From assembly GCA_012838065.1 (NCBI GenBank), contig DUPY01000025.1, forward strand, positions 21,785 through 85,784: DNA of 64,000 nt, read 5' to 3'. The position numbers and the translations under genes were made by a program. Of this stretch, positions 16,005-24,894 are shown piece after piece. Below the pieces are notes generated by a model. It did not search any database, was not told where the DNA came from, and was given only the letters and a program-made list of their open reading frames with translations. Position 1 is the stretch's first letter. Every line of letters starts with the position of its first letter. Source of the stretch: Acholeplasma sp. Lineage in GTDB: Bacteria; Bacillota_I; Bacilli_A; Acholeplasmatales; Acholeplasmataceae.

Positions 16005-19000
16005 ATGACAGACACTAAGAATTTAGAAACGATAAAATCACAATTAAATACGTTTTTGAAAGATAAAGAAATCGACGAGAATTTTAAAGTCGATATTTTG
16101 CATTTTTTAGAGTCACTTGAACATCGAATTGATGAAGCGAATCTTTTAATTGACTACTACCAAAACTACTTTAATCAAGAGCGTATTGAAATTAACAAGT
16201 CACATAATCAAACACGTCTGTCCGGTGAGCGGTCCATTAAGAAAACAGCCGACAAAAATACTGAAACATTCGCAAAGTTTCAAGCAGAAAATGAACAATT
16301 AATTAAAATTAACCGTCAAAATCTAAAGAAGGCACATCAACAATTTGACCAAGAAATTGAAGATGTGAAACATCAAGTACTACGTTCAAATCATGAGATT
16401 GAAAATATTTATAACTATGAAAAAAATCATATCAAAAATATGATTATTGAAACTAGAAATGAGTATCAACTAAAAATGAGTGAACTTCAAGATAGACGCT
16501 TAAATGAAGTTCGAGAACTAAAAGCCAAACTCAAAACATTAAAATCAGAGTTTCAAGATTTACAAAACCAAATACTACGTTTAACTCAACAGTTTAATCG
16601 TCAAACAGAGATTCAAAAAGAAGATTTAATGACTGAATATCGACAAATCATTACAAATTTAAAAACAAACCATACAAAGTCAAATATTAATATAAATCAA
16701 CGAATTATTGATTTAAAACGTGAATATCAAGAAACTGTTAAACGTCAACAAAAATTAAACGAGGAGCAATTGAATCCTTTATACAATCAACGTGAAAAAA
16801 TAAACGAAAATTATCATGCACAAGTAAAAAAAATAACAGAATCGATTACACAAGAGCTCGATGCGTTGAATCACGAGTTTGACCGACAAAAAATTGATTA
16901 TGAAACAACAAAAAATGCTTATATTAAAGAACGTAGCGAAGCGATAAGTGTCGTTAATACAAAGTTAACACTTCACAAACAAAACATTAACAAACAAAAA
17001 GAAATTTTGACCTTAAGTATTAAGAATAATCCAAAGAATAATTCAAATACCGAGATTATTTCTGACTATAACCGACAACTTAAAAGATTGGACAATGAAT
17101 TAAATCGTCATGTAATTCAAGCTAAAAAAGATTTGGCAAGTATTCAAAAAGAATTTGCAAAACGCTTCTATCTACACGATATAAAGCATATTGAAAATAT
17201 GAATACTTGGCGCTATGAACGCCAATTACGTGACTATCAACGTAAATATTTACTCAACAAACTTGATGCTGAACTCGAACACAATTTAAAACTTATTGAG
17301 TTACAGTTACGTGAACATAATATGCTTGTCACACTAACGCAAAAACGTTTATATCACGAACATTTAAAAAAATTAATTCCACTTGAAACACAAATTAACT
17401 TATCTTCACTTATTTTAAATCGTGAATCTAAATTAGCAGACACAGAAACAACTTATCAAATGGAGCATTTAGATCATACACATAAAATCGAGCGCATTAA
17501 CCTACAAAAAGTCTTATTACAAAGTCAACTGGATAACAAGTTAGAGCAAATTGAAACAATTCGCAAACTTAAAACCGTTGATATTACACTTCAACTTGAA
17601 ATCGAAATTGCAAAACAAAAGCGAGATTTAATCTTAAAACAATATGAATACGAACAAACAATTGCTGATGAAACATATCGTTTTGAAAGATTAAGACTAG
17701 CAAATGAAGAAAAAAACAGTATCTATGAAATTGAATTCAATCGTAAAATTACAACAGATACGGCAAATTTCGAAGTTGAAAACATTCGAAAAAACATTAA
17801 ATTAGAATTTCAAAAACGTGAATACTTCATTAATAAAGCACGTGCACAGTATCAAAAACAACTAAATATTCGTCGCTCACAAAAAAATATCGATATTGGT
17901 AAAATTGATACAAACGAAAACTTTAAAGTACAATCAATTTATACAAAGGCAATCTATAGTACTCAATCAAATTTCAAAAAAATCATTCGTGGTATTTTAA
18001 AATACACTGTAAATATAAATGAAGAAGATAAGTTACTTCTTACATCTTTGATTTATAATTTATATTTAAATACATTAAAACTATCCGAGCATGTCGTTAT
18101 AGAGCTAGCACGACAAAATGAACAGTTTTACGAGACGAAAATTGAGGAAACCTTTGGTTATAAATTTATGCGTAAGCATGAAGAACTTATCTCAATTCAT
18201 GACCAAGAGAAAAGTAAATTAGTTGAGCAACGAGAAATTATAAACGAGCAAATTAAAAAACACCAAGCATTTATTTTAGAACAAAGTACAAATATCAACA
18301 AAAACTTAGACCGTATACAAACGGTAAAGCAAGCAAATCCGAACAACTATCGATCACTTATCAAACCTATTGTTTTTGAAAATCAACAAATTCGACAAAC
18401 CATTAAAAAAATTGAAAATCAAATTTCAGAACTTTCAAGAAAACATAAGAAAAATCAAGATAAACTTCAAATCCTTGAAATGAATTATAATCGAAAAGAA
18501 CGTCAAATTGCCGCAAGCAAGCGCCTTGATGCGATACACTATTATCGATTATTAAATCATCATAAACGAGTTTACAAGGTATTAAATCAGCATATTCAAC
18601 GAGTGATTTCAAAAATTGAAAGACTCTTCATTAACATTAAAAGTAACGTTCTGACTGATAAGTCAATTCTACTTTATACACAAAAGATTTTTAAATACAT
18701 CGATGATAACCAACGTAAGTTTGTACTTTGCGAAAAACAACTCAATAGATTATTAATAAAACAGTATACTATCGTTGAACGTGAACAAAATAAAATTATC
18801 AATGATTTTGAGAAATTCACCGAACGCCTCAATCAAACATTTAAAAACAAGTATGAAAAATCGCGTAAATTCCATGAAGATAATGACCGTTTAAAAACAT
18901 TAATGTTTAATAAGGACATTGAAACGCAAAAAAACTTGTATCAAAAAGAGTTTGATGGTCGTATGCATTTATTAAAAAACCAATCCGTATTATTTAAAAA

Positions 19001-19541
19001 TAAGCGTGATTACTTACTGAGTTTAATAAATGATATACCAAACATAATTAAGGAAAAAGAGCAACTCATTCATGATAATCGGTTATCTTCAATTAAAGAT
19101 ATTCAAAGTCAATATCAAGAGGATATTAAAAAAGCGAAGCTGCGTCACGCAGAAGAATTATTAAGTTTAAATAATGATATTAGTAATGTCAAACATCAAA
19201 TGTCTTCAAGTCAAAAGAAACTTAAATCTTTAAGTGCTTTTCATATTAACTTATACAAAAGCGATAAACGTAAATGTTTAGTTGAACATCATAAAAACTT
19301 TAATTCACAAAATAAAGAGTTACGTCAAGTTTCTGCAAAAGAACGTCATATCCGTAATGAAATTATGACATCCTTACGTCAATCAGAAAAGTTGTTACAA
19401 GAAAAAACAAGTGATTTAACAAAGACATATGCGCAAAATGCTAATCACATATTAAAAATGCAACGTAAAGTTATGAAAAAAGAAAACACAGTAGTTTCTA
19501 AGAGTCATAATTTTAAGCGTCGCATGTTTAAAAATCACTAA
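16005..19541 (+). CDS. Giant (1178 aa) K/E/Q/N-rich predicted coiled-coil protein, unknown function
   Basis: Uninterrupted ORF with good start context (AGGTGAttacATG), its own promoter and its own terminator. The sequence is heptad-like and charged throughout. No TM segment, no signal peptide, and no P-loop (no GxxxxGK[ST]). Confidence 0.7.
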   Translation: MTDTKNLETIKSQLNTFLKDKEIDENFKVDILHFLESLEHRIDEANLLIDYYQNYFNQERIEINKSHNQTRLSGERSIKKTADKNTETFAKFQAENEQLIKINRQNLKKAHQQFDQEIEDVKHQVLRSNHEIENIYNYEKNHIKNMIIETRNEYQLKMSELQDRRLNEVRELKAKLKTLKSEFQDLQNQILRLTQQFNRQTEIQKEDLMTEYRQIITNLKTNHTKSNININQRIIDLKREYQETVKRQQKLNEEQLNPLYNQREKINENYHAQVKKITESITQELDALNHEFDRQKIDYETTKNAYIKERSEAISVVNTKLTLHKQNINKQKEILTLSIKNNPKNNSNTEIISDYNRQLKRLDNELNRHVIQAKKDLASIQKEFAKRFYLHDIKHIENMNTWRYERQLRDYQRKYLLNKLDAELEHNLKLIELQLREHNMLVTLTQKRLYHEHLKKLIPLETQINLSSLILNRESKLADTETTYQMEHLDHTHKIERINLQKVLLQSQLDNKLEQIETIRKLKTVDITLQLEIEIAKQKRDLILKQYEYEQTIADETYRFERLRLANEEKNSIYEIEFNRKITTDTANFEVENIRKNIKLEFQKREYFINKARAQYQKQLNIRRSQKNIDIGKIDTNENFKVQSIYTKAIYSTQSNFKKIIRGILKYTVNINEEDKLLLTSLIYNLYLNTLKLSEHVVIELARQNEQFYETKIEETFGYKFMRKHEELISIHDQEKSKLVEQREIINEQIKKHQAFILEQSTNINKNLDRIQTVKQANPNNYRSLIKPIVFENQQIRQTIKKIENQISELSRKHKKNQDKLQILEMNYNRKERQIAASKRLDAIHYYRLLNHHKRVYKVLNQHIQRVISKIERLFINIKSNVLTDKSILLYTQKIFKYIDDNQRKFVLCEKQLNRLLIKQYTIVEREQNKIINDFEKFTERLNQTFKNKYEKSRKFHEDNDRLKTLMFNKDIETQKNLYQKEFDGRMHLLKNQSVLFKNKRDYLLSLINDIPNIIKEKEQLIHDNRLSSIKDIQSQYQEDIKKAKLRHAEELLSLNNDISNVKHQMSSSQKKLKSLSAFHINLYKSDKRKCLVEHHKNFNSQNKELRQVSAKERHIRNEIMTSLRQSEKLLQEKTSDLTKTYAQNANHILKMQRKVMKKENTVVSKSHNFKRRMFKNH

Positions 19542-19549
19542 TATATATG

Positions 19550-19577
19550 AAAAAAGGCGAATGCTCGCCTTTTTTTA
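19550..19577. terminator. Bidirectional rho-independent terminator (coiled-coil gene / obg)
   Basis: AGGCGA-atgc-TCGCCT hairpin flanked by A5 and T7. It lies between convergent stops at 19541 and 19575. Confidence 0.8.
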
Positions 19578-20828
19578 ATCTATAAATTCAAATTCGTATT
19601 CAAAGATACGTACGGTATCACCATTTTTAGCACCGGCATTTCTCAGTGCATCATCAACTCCAATACTACGAAGTTGACGAGCGAAACGTTTTACTGCCTC
19701 TTCTTTAGTAAATTCTGTACGCATGAAGAACTGCTCAACCTTTTTACCTGTAATACAGAAGACACCATCAATTTCCTCTAATATGAAATCAGGTTCCTCG
19801 GTTTCAAGTTTATAATATGCAACTTCCTCAACTTCATCTTCTTCAACAATTGCATATGTTTTTAAATCTTCAAGAACTTGATTTAATAAAGCATCAAGAC
19901 CTTGTTTTGTTAGTGCTGAAATTTCAAAGATTTGTTCGTCTTTAAAATGTTTCTTGAATTCAGCTATTTTTTCTGGTGTAACCATATCAATTTTATTTAA
20001 AACAATGATTTGATGTCTTTTACTTAACTTCTCACTATAAAGTCTAAGTTCATCATTAATTTTTAGATAGTCCTCGTATGGATTTTCACGTGAGATATCA
20101 ATTAAGTGAATAAAGATCTTACATCTTTCAATATGCTTTAAAAATCTAATACCTAATCCTTCACCACGATGAGCTCCTTCAATTAAGCCTGGTAAATCTG
20201 CTAATACAAAACTTTCATCTTTGTAGTAGACCATACCAAGATTTGGTTGTAATGTTGTAAATGGGTAATCAGCAATTTTTGGTCTTGCATTAGAAACAAC
20301 AGATATGAGCGTTGATTTTCCAACGCTTGGATAACCAACGACACCGACATCCGCTAAAACTTTAAGTTCAACTTTAACTTTAAGTTTCTCACCTAAATCA
20401 CCATTTTCAGCAAAGCTTGGCGTGTGATTGATGCGTGTTGCAAGCGCCATGTTTCCACGACCACCACGACCACCTTTAGCAACAACTAGTCGTTGACCAT
20501 GTTCAAGAATTTCACCAATTTTTTGACCAGTTTCAAAGTTGTAACAAACTGTACCTAATGGAACTTTCACAATTTTATCTTCTGCATTGGCGCCATGCAT
20601 GCCTTTTGACATACCATTCACACCGTTAAAGCCTTTAATATGTCGTTGATATTTTAAATCTATAAGTGTTGATTTTCCTTCTTCACCGATAAAGACAATG
20701 TCGCCACCCTTACCACCGTTGCCACCCCATGGGCCTCCAAATTCAACATATTTTTCACGACGAAAAGAGGCCATTCCGTTGCCGCCTTTACCGCCTGTAA
20801 CTTCTACTACTACCTCATCAATAAACAT
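19575..20828 (-). CDS. obg: GTPase Obg/CgtA
   Basis: Glycine-rich Obg fold (GGKGGNGMASFRREK, GGRGGRGN), G domain (GYPSVGKSTL, DLPGLIEGA, NKID) and C-terminal OCT domain. Confidence 0.95.
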   Translation of the reverse strand: MFIDEVVVEVTGGKGGNGMASFRREKYVEFGGPWGGNGGKGGDIVFIGEEGKSTLIDLKYQRHIKGFNGVNGMSKGMHGANAEDKIVKVPLGTVCYNFETGQKIGEILEHGQRLVVAKGGRGGRGNMALATRINHTPSFAENGDLGEKLKVKVELKVLADVGVVGYPSVGKSTLISVVSNARPKIADYPFTTLQPNLGMVYYKDESFVLADLPGLIEGAHRGEGLGIRFLKHIERCKIFIHLIDISRENPYEDYLKINDELRLYSEKLSKRHQIIVLNKIDMVTPEKIAEFKKHFKDEQIFEISALTKQGLDALLNQVLEDLKTYAIVEEDEVEEVAYYKLETEEPDFILEEIDGVFCITGKKVEQFFMRTEFTKEEAVKRFARQLRSIGVDDALRNAGAKNGDTVRIFEYEFEFID

Positions 20829-20849
20829 TGTTCAACACCTCGATTTTTT

Positions 20850-20880
20850 GATAAAAAAAGGATAACCGTGGGTTATCCTT
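20850..20880 (-). terminator. Rho-independent terminator after rpmA
   Basis: AAGGATAACC-cac-GGTTATCCTT hairpin overlapping the rpmA stop, followed by T7 on the minus strand. Confidence 0.75.
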
Positions 20881-21151
20881 CATAAACTGATACTTGTGTA
20901 CGATTGCGTCCTTTTCTTTCATATCTAACGATTCCGTCCATCATGGCAAACAATGTATCGTCACCACCGCGACCAACGTTGTTTCCTGGATGAATCTTAG
21001 TTCCTCTTTGACGATAGATAATTGAGCCAGCGTGTGCCCATTGTCCATCAGAAAGTTTAGAACCTAAACGTTTAGATTGAGAATCGCGTCCGTTACGTGA
21101 AGAACCCACACCTTTTTTAGATGCGAATAATTGTATGTTAAGTTTTAACAT
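20873..21151 (-). CDS. rpmA: 50S ribosomal protein L27 (with N-terminal pro-peptide)
   Basis: MLKLNIQLF|[15 protein letters not shown]: the Firmicutes-type N-terminal extension that is removed by Prp, followed by the conserved L27 core. Confidence 0.95.
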   Translation of the reverse strand: MLKLNIQLFASKKGVGSSRNGRDSQSKRLGSKLSDGQWAHAGSIIYRQRGTKIHPGNNVGRGGDDTLFAMMDGIVRYERKGRNRTQVSVYEG

Positions 21152-21152
21152 G

Positions 21153-21467
21153 CTATCTCTCCTTTTGGTTTTTAATATACTTAGGATATTGTTTTTTTAA
21201 TTCATCTAAGGTATATTCCAAATTATTTAATAGTCCATTGACAATGTCATTTGAATTTTTGACATCTAATTTAAAATTACCTTCCTCGATTACAAAATCA
21301 ATTGTTTGATTTTGTCCTAAAGCCTCTAATGCATTGACTGTGACGATAATTGCTGTAGATACGGATGCGCATACAATATCTTTTCCACTTCGATCATAGA
21401 GGGCATGACCATTCACACTTACATGTGTAATTGAATCATTCTTTTTTAAAACTTGATACTTAATCAT
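21153..21467 (-). CDS. prp: Ribosomal-processing cysteine protease Prp
   Basis: Located between rplU and rpmA. Conserved GH...C pair (VNGHALY...DIVCASVS). 104 aa. Confidence 0.85.
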   Translation of the reverse strand: MIKYQVLKKNDSITHVSVNGHALYDRSGKDIVCASVSTAIIVTVNALEALGQNQTIDFVIEEGNFKLDVKNSNDIVNGLLNNLEYTLDELKKQYPKYIKNQKER

Positions 21468-21471
21468 GTTA

Positions 21472-21780
21472 TTAGAAAACGATGTTTTCGATAACTAGTT
21501 TTGTATAAGCTTGACGATGTCCTTGTTTACGTCTATAGTTTTTTCTTCTTTTGTATTTGAAGACTATTAGTTTAGGACCACGTCCGTTTTTTAAAACTTT
21601 AGCAACCACTTTAGCACCTTCAACTGTAGGTGTACCTAAAACTGTTTTTTCTCCTCCGATTGCTAATACATCAGTAAACTCAAAAGTTTCATCTGCTTCT
21701 ACGTTAAGTTTTTCAACGAAAATTTCTTGACCAACTTCAACTCTTAATTGTTTACCGCCTGTTTTAATAACTGCGTACAT
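21472..21780 (-). CDS. rplU: 50S ribosomal protein L21
   Basis: [18 protein letters not shown]... and a [15 protein letters not shown]-terminal region. Confidence 0.95.
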   Translation of the reverse strand: MYAVIKTGGKQLRVEVGQEIFVEKLNVEADETFEFTDVLAIGGEKTVLGTPTVEGAKVVAKVLKNGRGPKLIVFKYKRRKNYRRKQGHRQAYTKLVIENIVF

Positions 21781-21863
21781 ATGCTGTTAACCTCCTTTAA
21801 ATTTTATGAAGACTCACTATGAAGGTAACTTATAAAAGTGTTTGAGACCTTTTCTATGTGGTA

Positions 21864-21892
21864 CAACAAAGATATTATATGTGAACTTCTTT
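21864..21892 (-). promoter_or_regulatory. Consensus-like promoter of the rplU-prp-rpmA operon (about 75-nt leader follows)
   Basis: Minus strand: TTGACT-17 nt-TATAAT. The untranslated leader 21781-21857 could correspond to the Firmicutes L21 leader, but I could not verify its fold by eye. Confidence 0.5.
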
Positions 21893-21928
21893 TAAAAGTC
21901 AATAAAAATCGTACTTTAATATATTATA

Positions 21929-22915
21929 TTACTTCTTTAATGCGTCTAAATCAATGTCTTCTAAATCAATAACCTCTTCAATACCATCTTCTGTTTTCTT
22001 TTGTTTCTTTTTAAAGATATTTAAAAACTTCTTAGGCAAAATTAATAATGAGTCACCGATAACACTTGGTAACATACCTGCAGCCTCTAAAAAGGCACCT
22101 TTACGAATGTCATATTTAGTTAATTCTTTGGCATCGCTAAATAAATATTTACGTGTAACGATACCAATTCTTAATGTTAGTAAGGCGTTCGATATTCCTT
22201 GGGTTACCGAACTCATAATTGGACGAATAAATGGTATATCAGCTAGCGTGTTCATTGTTTTAGCTGGCAAGACATCCGATATGTCAATATTTTCAAGTCC
22301 TTCGGCGATTAACGCGGTTGAAAACACATTGATTGTTAGTTTAGATAATTTACTCATGTTTGGTCTAAAACCACAAATTTCAACGATTTCTTTGATCATA
22401 CGTAAATTTACAGCGATGACCGTAAAAAAATCTAGACGTCCATTTTGACTCACTGCTGTTGAAATCATCACGGTTTTTGCATGTTTTTTAATTAATTTGT
22501 TAATTTGCTTTTTAATATGATTATTATAGGTTTGACCAAGCACTTCCCTTAGTTCTTCATAATTATTGATGCTGCTTGTCAATTTTTCTTTTTGTTCATC
22601 TGGTAGTTTCTCATTTTCCAAAAGACGTTTTGTTACCTTTTTATACAAAGCATAATTCTTTCTTCCATCTTGGTCTAAAGTTGTTTCTACTGAAAATGAT
22701 GGTGAAAACAATATGATGTGTATTGGACGTAAGACTAAAAAATAAACAAGTAAAAAGACTAAACCATAAAAAACATAGTCTAGATAGGGAATACCAATTA
22801 ATTTTAATCGCTCACCAACATCAAGTACACTGCTTAGTAACATTAGCATAAATAGTATTACGACACCTATCGCTATTAAATACCATAACCATTTTGCCGA
22901 TTCTTTTTTCTTCAT
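21929..22915 (-). CDS. Membrane protein with DUF697/YcjF-like C-terminal domain
   Basis: Two N-terminal TM helices. The strings TVMISTAVSQNGRLDFFTVIAVNLRMIKEIVEICGFRP and GISNALLTLRIGIVTRKYLF resemble my recollection of the UPF0283/DUF697 core. Not checked against a profile. Confidence 0.5.
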   Translation of the reverse strand: MKKKESAKWLWYLIAIGVVILFMLMLLSSVLDVGERLKLIGIPYLDYVFYGLVFLLVYFLVLRPIHIILFSPSFSVETTLDQDGRKNYALYKKVTKRLLENEKLPDEQKEKLTSSINNYEELREVLGQTYNNHIKKQINKLIKKHAKTVMISTAVSQNGRLDFFTVIAVNLRMIKEIVEICGFRPNMSKLSKLTINVFSTALIAEGLENIDISDVLPAKTMNTLADIPFIRPIMSSVTQGISNALLTLRIGIVTRKYLFSDAKELTKYDIRKGAFLEAAGMLPSVIGDSLLILPKKFLNIFKKKQKKTEDGIEEVIDLEDIDLDALKK

Positions 22916-22951
22916 ATCGTCACCTTCTAACTTTTTGTTACTTCTATTATA

Positions 22952-23629
22952 TTATAATTTATACTTTTTATGCTCAATAATACTAAAATATTCATTTTTA
23001 CCGATGATTACATGGTCGACAATTATAATTCCCATCATTTCCGATAGTTTCATTAAGTTTTCGGTTGCCTTAATATCTGCATTGGAAGCTTTTGAATCAC
23101 CTGTAGGATGATTATGAACAAGGACAATTGAGTAAGCGGATAGTCGTGTAGCATGTTTGAAAATTTCACGTGGGTGTATAACTGTTTGATTAACTGTCCC
23201 AACAAACAAGCATATACTTTTAATAATTTCTGATCTTGAATTTAAATAGATACAGTACAAATGCTCTTGTTCTTTGTTTTTAAGCTCTTCATGCATATAA
23301 AGATAGACATCCCTATGTGTAAATATATGTTTCTTACTACGATTTATATCGAACTTTTTACTTAAGGATAATGCAGCGATTAATGTTGTTGCTTTTGCAA
23401 GTTTAATACCTTTTATTGTAAGAAGTTGCTCAATTGTTACATTGTCGACACCATTTACTTTTTCAATAAGTTCTACAACATCTCGGCTAATTTGAAAGAC
23501 ATTTCGATCTTTAGTGCCGCTTCCTATTAACAAGGCTATAAGTTCAACTTTCGTTAACGCATCGATGCCGTAAGTTAAAAGACGCTCTCTTGGTCTTTCA
23601 TCTTTATGAATTTCTTTAATTGTATACAA
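22952..23629 (-). CDS. radC: RadC-like JAB-domain protein (UPF0758)
   Basis: ERPRERL N-terminal motif, HhH region, and HNHPTGDSKASNADI JAMM-like motif. I place the start at TTG 23629 (LYTIKE read as M), preceded by GGGGTGA-tttt. The ATG at 23644 overlaps that RBS. Confidence 0.85.
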   Translation of the reverse strand: MYTIKEIHKDERPRERLLTYGIDALTKVELIALLIGSGTKDRNVFQISRDVVELIEKVNGVDNVTIEQLLTIKGIKLAKATTLIAALSLSKKFDINRSKKHIFTHRDVYLYMHEELKNKEQEHLYCIYLNSRSEIIKSICLFVGTVNQTVIHPREIFKHATRLSAYSIVLVHNHPTGDSKASNADIKATENLMKLSEMMGIIIVDHVIIGKNEYFSIIEHKKYKL

Positions 23630-23670
23630 AAAATCACCCCACATTTAATAGTAGAGTGATTATTTATGTT

Positions 23671-24894
23671 TTACTTTAATTGTTTTCTAACTTCACTTAT
23701 AAAATGAAGTGAACCAGTAACTAAGATAACATCATCATCGTTTTTTATTTTTCGTACATAATTAATTGCATGCATATACTCAGGTATATAAGGTATTGAA
23801 TCAGTTTTAAATTTTTCAAGCGAGTCAAATCTCATATCTTCAAAACTTGTAAGAATAATATGTCGATTGTTACCTTTTAACACTTGAAGCATTGATGCGA
23901 TATCTTTATCCCCTAATGCAGAAAATATAATATAGATGTTCTTTTCTTTAAATAAATCGTCAATATTTCGAGACAGTGCGTTAATTGCATGTTCATTATG
24001 TGCACCATCAATATATAAATCATCAATTTTTTCAAGTCTACCTGGCCATGTTGTGTTTCTTAGACCATTACGTATCGTATCTAAATCTATGAGTGGATAT
24101 AAGTAAAGAATAGCTTCAATAGCAAGAACAGCATTGTCCTTTTGATAGTCGCCAAGTAATGGTGAATAAAACATTTCCCCCATATAATAAAAGTAATGCT
24201 CATCGACTATTTCTATAAGTGATTTGTCAATAAATTTAACAGTCGCATGTTTACTTAACGTATAATCTCTAAATTGTTTAATGAACGCATCACCCACTGT
24301 CGTAATTAGGTGATTTTTTTCCTTGATGATTCCTAATTTATTTTCCGCAATCAATTCCAGCGTATTACCCAATTGGCGCATATGATCAAACCCAATGGAT
24401 GTAATTAAAGAAACATCATAGTTTAAAATGTTTGTTGCATCAAGTTTGCCACCTATTCCAACTTCCATGACAACGACATCAACTTGTTCATCTTGAAAAA
24501 ACTTTAATGACATAATGAAAACAAGTTCAAAGAAAGACAATTTTTCATGATATACGCGAAATAATCGTTCATTTAAATCAAATATATAATTGATTAACTT
24601 TAGCAACTTGTCATCTTCAATCGGTATAAAATTGATACGAATACGATCATTAAACTTTTCGATATATGGTGAGGTGAATGTTCCTACCTTTAATCCCTGT
24701 TCAATTAAAATATGTGTTAAAAATGCGCTTGTAGAGCCCTTACCATTTGTTCCAGCAACGTGTATTTTTTTATAACTATCCGTTTTAATACCGCTAAACT
24801 CCAAAGCTTTTTTTAAAAAATCTAAACTTGCCTTGGGTTTAAATCTTAGGACGCTTTCCAACCTCAAAACTGCATCTTGTAAAGTTTTAAACAT
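23671..24894 (-). CDS. folC: Folylpolyglutamate synthase / dihydrofolate synthase
   Basis: HVAGTNGKGST P-loop and Mur-ligase-like central and C-terminal domains. Lies immediately downstream of valS, as in Bacillus. Confidence 0.9.
   Translation of the reverse strand: MFKTLQDAVLRLESVLRFKPKASLDFLKKALEFSGIKTDSYKKIHVAGTNGKGSTSAFLTHILIEQGLKVGTFTSPYIEKFNDRIRINFIPIEDDKLLKLINYIFDLNERLFRVYHEKLSFFELVFIMSLKFFQDEQVDVVVMEVGIGGKLDATNILNYDVSLITSIGFDHMRQLGNTLELIAENKLGIIKEKNHLITTVGDAFIKQFRDYTLSKHATVKFIDKSLIEIVDEHYFYYMGEMFYSPLLGDYQKDNAVLAIEAILYLYPLIDLDTIRNGLRNTTWPGRLEKIDDLYIDGAHNEHAINALSRNIDDLFKEKNIYIIFSALGDKDIASMLQVLKGNNRHIILTSFEDMRFDSLEKFKTDSIPYIPEYMHAINYVRKIKNDDDVILVTGSLHFISEVRKQLK

Noticed and set aside
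21954-22448. 164-aa plus-strand ORF, the longest of the antisense ORFs in the track
   Set aside because: It lies entirely inside, and antisense to, the better-supported minus-strand DUF697-like gene. It has no RBS and a low-complexity S/I/F-rich translation, which is typical of the reverse frame of an AT-rich gene.
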